Assembly: GCA_016782445.1 (NCBI GenBank)
Contig: JADHYM010000001.1
Span: 10,212-74,211 of the forward strand
From: Candidatus Omnitrophota bacterium
GTDB taxonomy: Bacteria; Omnitrophota; Gorgyraeia; JABMRN01; RBG-13-46-9
Direction: 5' to 3'
Length of the DNA stretch: 64,000 nucleotides
In this document: in pieces, positions 58,663-64,000 of the stretch
Numbering within the stretch: the first letter of the stretch is position 1
How the letters are laid out: each line of letters opens with the position of its first letter
Program-made: the position numbers and the translations under genes
Notes under the pieces: generated by a model
The model's database searches: none
The model's input: only the letters and a program-made list of their open reading frames with translations
Told to the model about the DNA's origin: nothing

Positions 58663-59979
58663 CTAACCCATTCCGTCCCTGGGACGGAATGGGTTTTTCT
58701 TGGCTTCGCCGGCGACAAAAAAGGATCCCGCAACAAGTATCAAATCCTCTTTTCCGGCCAGGGAAAGCGCCAAACTCATGGCATCTTTTACTGAATATGT
58801 TACTTCGATATTTTTTTTCCTTATGAACCTTTTAATTTTCGCCGGGTCCTCAGCGCGTTCCCGGCCTGCCCTTGTTGTTATTACAAAACTCGCCCGGGGC
58901 GCGAGTTCTTCGCAAATGCCCTTTATATCCTTATCCTTCGAGACGCCCAGAACAAGGATCATTCGACGGAATTTAAAATTTCTTTTCACGGTTTCCACGA
59001 TCGCCCGCGCGCTGCTTCTGTTCTGAGCGCCGTCTAGTATTATTGTCGGGTTTTTCCTTATCGCCTCGCACCGGCAAGAATGACGCGCCTTCTTAAGGCC
59101 TTCTTTTATATGAGGCGGCTTGATCTTCGCGCCTCTTTCCGCAAGCGCCTCGCATGAGGCCAGGCCAGAACACGCGTTTTCTATCTGGTGCCGGCCCACC
59201 ATAGAGATCTTGCAGCTTTTATACTTTCCCAGCCTTCCCGTGACATCAAATATTTCATTTCTCGAATCGTGATAGCGTTCTTTAAATTTTATGTCCCTTC
59301 CCACCAAAATAAATTTGTTCCTAAAACGCTCGACGCGGCGCTCGATTACTGAGAGGGGCCCTTTTTGCTGCGGAGAGCTCACTGTCACGCATCTTTCCTT
59401 TATTATGCCCGCTTTCTCGGCCGCGATCTCACGAAGCGTCGGCCCGAGAATACGGGTGTGGTCGCAACTTATAGGCGCCACAACCGAGACAACCGGACGC
59501 ACTATATTTGTCGCGTCAAGCGTGCCGCCTAAGCCAACCTCTATCACGCCGTAATCCGTTTTTTTCTTCTTAAAATAATTGAACGCGAGGATTGTCAGCA
59601 CTTCAAAATAGGTGGGTTTAAAATTCAATTTTTTCCGGGCCAGAGCTTTTTTTATTCTCTTCACCCCAGAGGCTAAGTCGCTTTTCCGTATCATTTCGCC
59701 GTTTATCGAGATCCTCTCCCGAAGATCGGCTATGTGGGGCGAGGTATAGAGGGCTGTCCTGTATCCGGCTTCTTCGAGTATCTTAGCAATAAAAACCGCG
59801 ATAGAGCCCTTGCCCTTTGTCCCCGCTACGTGAACGGCGCGGAAACTTTCCTGGGGATTTTGAAAAATTTGCGCAAGACGCCGGGCCCTCTCGAGAGCAA
59901 AGATCTTTTTATCGCGATATCCTATTTTCTCGTAGTCGATAAACGTCTCAAGGTATCTTATCGCTTCGTCATGCCTCAT
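58663..59979 (-). CDS. folC: bifunctional folylpolyglutamate synthase / dihydrofolate synthase
   Basis: Mur ligase family P-loop VAGTKGKGS; FolC-type domain order. The stop codon is TAG. Confidence 0.85.
   Translation of the reverse strand: MRHDEAIRYLETFIDYEKIGYRDKKIFALERARRLAQIFQNPQESFRAVHVAGTKGKGSIAVFIAKILEEAGYRTALYTSPHIADLRERISINGEMIRKSDLASGVKRIKKALARKKLNFKPTYFEVLTILAFNYFKKKKTDYGVIEVGLGGTLDATNIVRPVVSVVAPISCDHTRILGPTLREIAAEKAGIIKERCVTVSSPQQKGPLSVIERRVERFRNKFILVGRDIKFKERYHDSRNEIFDVTGRLGKYKSCKISMVGRHQIENACSGLASCEALAERGAKIKPPHIKEGLKKARHSCRCEAIRKNPTIILDGAQNRSSARAIVETVKRNFKFRRMILVLGVSKDKDIKGICEELAPRASFVITTRAGRERAEDPAKIKRFIRKKNIEVTYSVKDAMSLALSLAGKEDLILVAGSFFVAGEAKKNPFRPRDGMG
58665..58698 (+). 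terminator. strong hairpin plus T-run between folC and mnmE (terminator-like for plus-strand transcripts)
   Basis: AACCCATTCCGTCCC-TGG-GACGGAATGGGTT followed by TTTTC. Confidence 0.45.
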
Positions 59980-59992
59980 ATTCAGAAAAGGG

Positions 59993-60544
59993 CTATTCCC
60001 TAAGGATCTTTATTTCGGTTTTGAGGAGATTGATTTTTGCTTTTAAGCCGTCAAGGTCGTTTTTGAGGGAGTTGATTTCCCGGTCGAGATCTTCCGTCCT
60101 TCGGTTCCAGAGCGCTATTTCATCGCCGGAGAGGGTAAGTTTGTCTTTTTTTAGAAGGAGCGAGCGTATACTTTTAAGCTTCTCCAGGCGCTCGCTTAAA
60201 GTGTCTTTGACAATGTCGTACTCTATCTGCGTTTGCCGGAGCTTGGCGGAAAGCCCGTCTATCAAAGGGGTGATCTTGGTTTGCTGTATTCTTATTTTTT
60301 CTTTAATCTCCGCTTTTTTTACCGTAAGGCCTTTGCGCAAAAGCCCTATTTCGGAATTCGTCTTTTCCCGCGCCTCTTTCATGGAGAATTTCAGGGCCTC
60401 AATTTTCCTTGCAGTGCTGTCCTTTTCTTTTAAAACCCGAGCGAAAGAGGGGTCCTTCTCGAGCACATCGGCTACTGTCTTTTCGTCCACCCCTGTGCAA
60501 CCAGCTAAAAGTAATACTAAAAATAATATTGGGATTTTGTTCAT
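59993..60544 (-). CDS. hypothetical coiled-coil lipoprotein
   Basis: Lipobox LLLAGC followed by predicted coiled coil; no recognisable enzymatic motif. Confidence 0.45.
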   Translation of the reverse strand: MNKIPILFLVLLLAGCTGVDEKTVADVLEKDPSFARVLKEKDSTARKIEALKFSMKEAREKTNSEIGLLRKGLTVKKAEIKEKIRIQQTKITPLIDGLSAKLRQTQIEYDIVKDTLSERLEKLKSIRSLLLKKDKLTLSGDEIALWNRRTEDLDREINSLKNDLDGLKAKINLLKTEIKILRE

Positions 60545-60569
60545 TTTAAAATTGTTTCGGATTTCGAAT

Positions 60570-61586
60570 TTAAACATTAAACTTGAAATCAACTACATCT
60601 CCATCCTGTATTATATATTCCTTCGCCTCGAGTTTCAAGAGTCCCTTTTTACGGGCCTCCGGAATCGAGCCGCAAGAGACGAGGTCATCAAAGTTAATTA
60701 TCTCCGCCTTTATAAAGCCTCTCTCTATGTCCGTGTGGATCTTTCCGGCTGCCTCTTGAGCCCATATCCCGCGCTTTACGAGCCAGGCTTTCGTCTCGTC
60801 GCCCTTCGCCGTAAAAAAGGTTATATACCCGAGCCCCCCGCAGGCGGCTTCTATCACGCGCTCGGCGGCTCTTTTATTCGCTCCGAGTTCTTTTAAAAAT
60901 TTCTTTTTTTCCTCTTCTTCGAGCTCCGTAATCTCTGCCTCAAACTTCGCCGGAAATTCAACGAGCTTAAGCTTTTTTTCTTTGCAGAAACGCTCGAGAG
61001 CCGGCAGGAATTCCGCGCTCTCCTTTGTCTCTCCGGTATTTCCTACGATAAAAAGGGGTTTTTTGCTTAAAAACTGAAAGCCGCGTATGGATTTTTCCTC
61101 TTCGCAAGTAAATTCGACGTACCTAAGCGGCGTGTTTTTCTCGAGTGCCTCCTTGCATTTAAGAAGGGCCTCTTTTTCCAAAACCTTTTCCCTTGATTTT
61201 TCCTGCCTGATCTCCTTTTCCACGCTATGAAGGCGCTTGTCTATAATACTTGCGTCGGCCAGCATGAATTCAAGATCAATGTCCTCTATGTCCCGTACCG
61301 GATTGCGGCCCGAGAAAACGCCTACAACCTCCATGATCGAATCAACGTCTTTTATCTGGGGTATGTGAAATCCCGGAAGGTCCTCAAAAATAATTTCAGC
61401 CTGGGTGAGGCGTTTCGGGTTAAAGATGGATTTGAGTTTTTCGAGGCGCCCGTCAAAGACTTTTTGCGTACCAAGGTGGGGCTTCGTAGGATCGAGTTTC
61501 TCTGCCTTTTCCTCGGTTTCCTGTGTTATAACCCTGAAGCATGTCGATTTGCCCGAGCCCGCAAAACCGACTATCGCTACCTTCAT
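60570..61586 (-). CDS. ychF: YchF-like GTPase/ATPase with C-terminal TGS domain
   Basis: P-loop GFAGSGKST, an inserted coiled-coil domain, and a C-terminal TGS beta-grasp (…IIQDGDVVDFKFNV). Confidence 0.75.
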   Translation of the reverse strand: MKVAIVGFAGSGKSTCFRVITQETEEKAEKLDPTKPHLGTQKVFDGRLEKLKSIFNPKRLTQAEIIFEDLPGFHIPQIKDVDSIMEVVGVFSGRNPVRDIEDIDLEFMLADASIIDKRLHSVEKEIRQEKSREKVLEKEALLKCKEALEKNTPLRYVEFTCEEEKSIRGFQFLSKKPLFIVGNTGETKESAEFLPALERFCKEKKLKLVEFPAKFEAEITELEEEEKKKFLKELGANKRAAERVIEAACGGLGYITFFTAKGDETKAWLVKRGIWAQEAAGKIHTDIERGFIKAEIINFDDLVSCGSIPEARKKGLLKLEAKEYIIQDGDVVDFKFNV

Positions 61587-61652
61587 ATTCAGTTCTCAGT
61601 TCTCAGTTCATAGCTATCAGTAGAACAAAAACTGATAACTGATTACTGAAAA

Positions 61653-64000
61653 TTAGCCGCACTTGGAATATCCGCAGGAGCGACACACCATGCATCCTTC
61701 TACATGCCAGAGCGCCCCTCCGCAATCAGGGCATACGCCTACTATGTTGCCTGTTTTCTTTTTAGTGGCTACGGCAGTCGAGCCCGTGGACACAGGGGGG
61801 CTTGAGGTGTTCTCTTTTTCAGGAAGAGGCTTTTCTTCTTTACGGGTTTTACCGAGGAGCCTTTGCTCCACGACACGCGCTATCGCGTCGGAACATGAAA
61901 AAATCCTCCCGCCTTTTTCCCAGCTCGGAGACGGGCAACGTATTCCCCTTAGCTGCTCTATGACGGATTTTATCTCGATGCCACTTCGCAGGGCGAGCGA
62001 AAGTAACCTACCAATCGCCTCAAGCTGCGACATTGCGCAGCCGCCTGCTTTTCCCATCTGCATGAAAACCTCAAAAGGATGCTGTTCCTCATCCTCGTTT
62101 ATCGTGACGTAAAGGTTCCCGCATCCGGTGGCTATTTTTGTCGTAGTGCCGGATATGACAGAAGGCCGGGGCCGCGGAATTATTTTTTGCGAGTCTTTTC
62201 TCGGCTCTCCGTCTTTCGTCTTTTCTTTTTTCTCTATGTTCAGTACCTGCTCGGCCCTGGAGCCGTCCCTGTAGACGGTTACGCCCTTACATCCAAGTTC
62301 GTGCGCCAGCATATAAGTATTTTCGATATCCTCTTTTTTTGTGGAATTGGCGAAATTTATTGTCTTGGAAACAGCATTATCCGTATACTTTTGAAACGCT
62401 GCCTGTATTCTTATGTGCCACTCGGGAGTAATGTCATGCGAGGTAACAAAAAGTTTCCTTACGTCTTCCGGAACTTCCTTTAGCTCCTGGATGTTGCCTT
62501 TTTTAGCTATTTTTTTAAGAAGCTCTTCGCTCCAGAAGCCCCTGTCTTTCGCTATTTTCTCAAACTGTTCGTTGACCTCCGGCAGCTTATCCTTATCCAT
62601 TACTTCTTTATAATACATTATGGCAAAAAGCGGCTCGATGCCGCTTGAGCACCCGGCGATTATGCTTAAAGTTCCCGTGGGCGCTATGGTAGTCACTGTG
62701 GCGTTTCTGAACCTGGATCCGTTTCTCTCACTGTATATGCTCTTTTCAAAATTGGGAAAAACGCCGCGTGTCTCGGCGAGCTCAGATGAAACTTTTCTCG
62801 CCTCTTTCAGTATGAACGCCATCAGCTTATCCGCAGTTCTTACAGCCTCTTCCGAATTATAGGCTATGCCGAGGTCTATCAGCATATCCGCGAATCCCAT
62901 TACTCCCAGTCCGATCTTGCGGTTGGCCCTGGTAATTTTTTCGATCTCTGGGAGCGGAAACCGGTTCATGTCGATGACGTTATCCAGAAAATGGACCGCG
63001 CCCCTTGTCGCCCGTGCAAGCTTTTCCCAGTCGATTTTCCCGCCGGTAATCATTCTGGAAAGATTTATGCTGCCCAGATTACAACTTTCATATGGTAACA
63101 AAACTTGTTCACCGCATTGGTGAGTAACCATCCCGTTAACAACCATGGAATGCGTAAAGGGTTCGGTAAGATCAAAAACCGGCTTCACGCCGTTATATTT
63201 TATTGAGCGTATTTCGTCAAAAAACTTCTCTTCGTAGAATCGAGTAAATTTAATGTTATCTAATTTGCTTTTTTTGTCATTATTGATAAAATTGATTTTC
63301 TTTCTGAATCTCTCGCGGCTGGCTCCGAATATACACAGCTCATACAGTACGCCATCGCTCATATAACTTTTTAGCTTACCCGACTTATCAAGATATTTAA
63401 AAAGCCTCTTTCTTGCCTTGCGGCTTCTGTCATAGATACTGCTTTTAATACCCATGTTCAGCAATAAGAGCTGAACCCCTTGAAGCAATTTTTTACTTTT
63501 GGAGGTTAGCGCTACCCATTCGCTATTGGGTTTTGGATTGCTTCTAACAGTTCCGTCTGCCGAAAAAAGCGCCTGGAGAAATCCTGTAACCGCTTCTTCC
63601 GGAGCCGTAAACAAGGTTTCTGGCACTTCTTTGTCATTCGCACCTTTTATTTTAACGCCCAGTTTTTTGAAGAAATCCACAACCTGCCTACTGCCATACG
63701 CCAGATGAAAGACCTCTCTCTCCCGCATGATTCCTTCTACCTCGTATCCGCACATTCTGTTGAGAATCGGTTTTAAATAATCCAGTATTTCCCTGTCGTC
63801 TCTTCCGAAAGAAAAAGCCACGCACGCATGATTGTCATCCCTTATCCACCCGTCTCCGATAAGCCATCCTAAAATATGTCCCAGTTCTTTTGACCATTCG
63901 CATGGGAAATTAAATTTATAAACCCTTCCGTTTCTGCCTTTAATTTCATTGGAAACGCTAAAGGGTAATTCTTTATTTTTGTTAAATCTTCCACTCGCGC
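61653..64000 (-). CDS. nrdJ: class II (adenosylcobalamin-dependent) ribonucleotide reductase NrdJ, intein-containing; 5' end beyond window
   Basis: C-extein begins CGEQVLLPYESCNLGSINL (thiyl-radical active-site region) and ends with a Cys4 zinc ribbon. Upstream of the CGEQ lies an intein. Confidence 0.85.
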   Translation of the reverse strand, partial: ASGRFNKNKELPFSVSNEIKGRNGRVYKFNFPCEWSKELGHILGWLIGDGWIRDDNHACVAFSFGRDDREILDYLKPILNRMCGYEVEGIMREREVFHLAYGSRQVVDFFKKLGVKIKGANDKEVPETLFTAPEEAVTGFLQALFSADGTVRSNPKPNSEWVALTSKSKKLLQGVQLLLLNMGIKSSIYDRSRKARKRLFKYLDKSGKLKSYMSDGVLYELCIFGASRERFRKKINFINNDKKSKLDNIKFTRFYEEKFFDEIRSIKYNGVKPVFDLTEPFTHSMVVNGMVTHQCGEQVLLPYESCNLGSINLSRMITGGKIDWEKLARATRGAVHFLDNVIDMNRFPLPEIEKITRANRKIGLGVMGFADMLIDLGIAYNSEEAVRTADKLMAFILKEARKVSSELAETRGVFPNFEKSIYSERNGSRFRNATVTTIAPTGTLSIIAGCSSGIEPLFAIMYYKEVMDKDKLPEVNEQFEKIAKDRGFWSEELLKKIAKKGNIQELKEVPEDVRKLFVTSHDITPEWHIRIQAAFQKYTDNAVSKTINFANSTKKEDIENTYMLAHELGCKGVTVYRDGSRAEQVLNIEKKEKTKDGEPRKDSQKIIPRPRPSVISGTTTKIATGCGNLYVTINEDEEQHPFEVFMQMGKAGGCAMSQLEAIGRLLSLALRSGIEIKSVIEQLRGIRCPSPSWEKGGRIFSCSDAIARVVEQRLLGKTRKEEKPLPEKENTSSPPVSTGSTAVATKKKTGNIVGVCPDCGGALWHVEGCMVCRSCGYSKCG
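63117..64000 (-). mobile_element. intein with LAGLIDADG homing-endonuclease domain inserted in nrdJ (N-terminal junction outside window)
   Basis: Intein C-terminal blocks F/G read VFDLTEPFTHSMVVNGMVTHQ, followed directly by the extein +1 Cys. LAGLIDADG motifs are LGWLIGDGWI (translated from 63840-63870) and FLQALFSADGTV. Confidence 0.75.

Overview
About 64 kb of chromosome from a diderm bacterium. It encodes Lnt, LolCDE, LptE, a BamD-like TPR lipoprotein and two Mla phospholipid-transport operons. It also carries modules more typical of Firmicutes: mcsA-mcsB-clpC, spoVG, yacL, yaaT/ricT and an ECF sigma/anti-sigma pair. Roughly 60 of 65 genes lie on the minus strand, tightly packed and often with overlapping stop and start codons. 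Housekeeping content includes tsaEB, thiL, mtnA, metG, holB, tmk, cysS-cysE, ispDF, lysS, secA, prfB, uvrC (short form), murJ, rpsT, holA, leuS, accA, mnmE, folC, ychF, and a class II ribonucleotide reductase (nrdJ) that runs off the window edge. The ORF track does not show prfB's programmed +1 frameshift site, which is readable in the sequence. Two tRNAs are present: tRNA-Ala(GGC) on the minus strand and tRNA-Leu(CAA) on the plus strand. They sit beside an AT-rich islet carrying a free-standing LAGLIDADG homing endonuclease gene and tRNA-3'-end fragments. nrdJ is interrupted by an intein with a LAGLIDADG domain. The strongest candidate for an undescribed system is a contiguous minus-strand gene string at 46601-54668. 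It combines an RsbW-like serine kinase, a SpoIIAA-type STAS protein with a phosphorylatable serine, a second (paralogous) MlaE-MlaF-MlaD transporter, a FecR-like periplasmic protein, an outer-membrane beta-barrel, a CHASE2-PP2C phosphatase and a GAF/HD-GYP phosphodiesterase. Other points: a 43-bp near-identical motif sits upstream of both spoVG and the anti-sigma gene next to the ECF sigma factor. Several families of small intergenic repeats are present (a GCCTGCCTGCCGGCAGGCAGGC palindrome, GC-rich 120-bp dyad elements, GTCATTTG-rich elements, AGCTTA repeats). Heptanucleotide tandem repeats lie in-frame inside mnmE and leuS and at the secA/lnt junction. An ORF6N gene is interrupted by an in-frame amber codon. 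No CRISPR array or rRNA gene is present.
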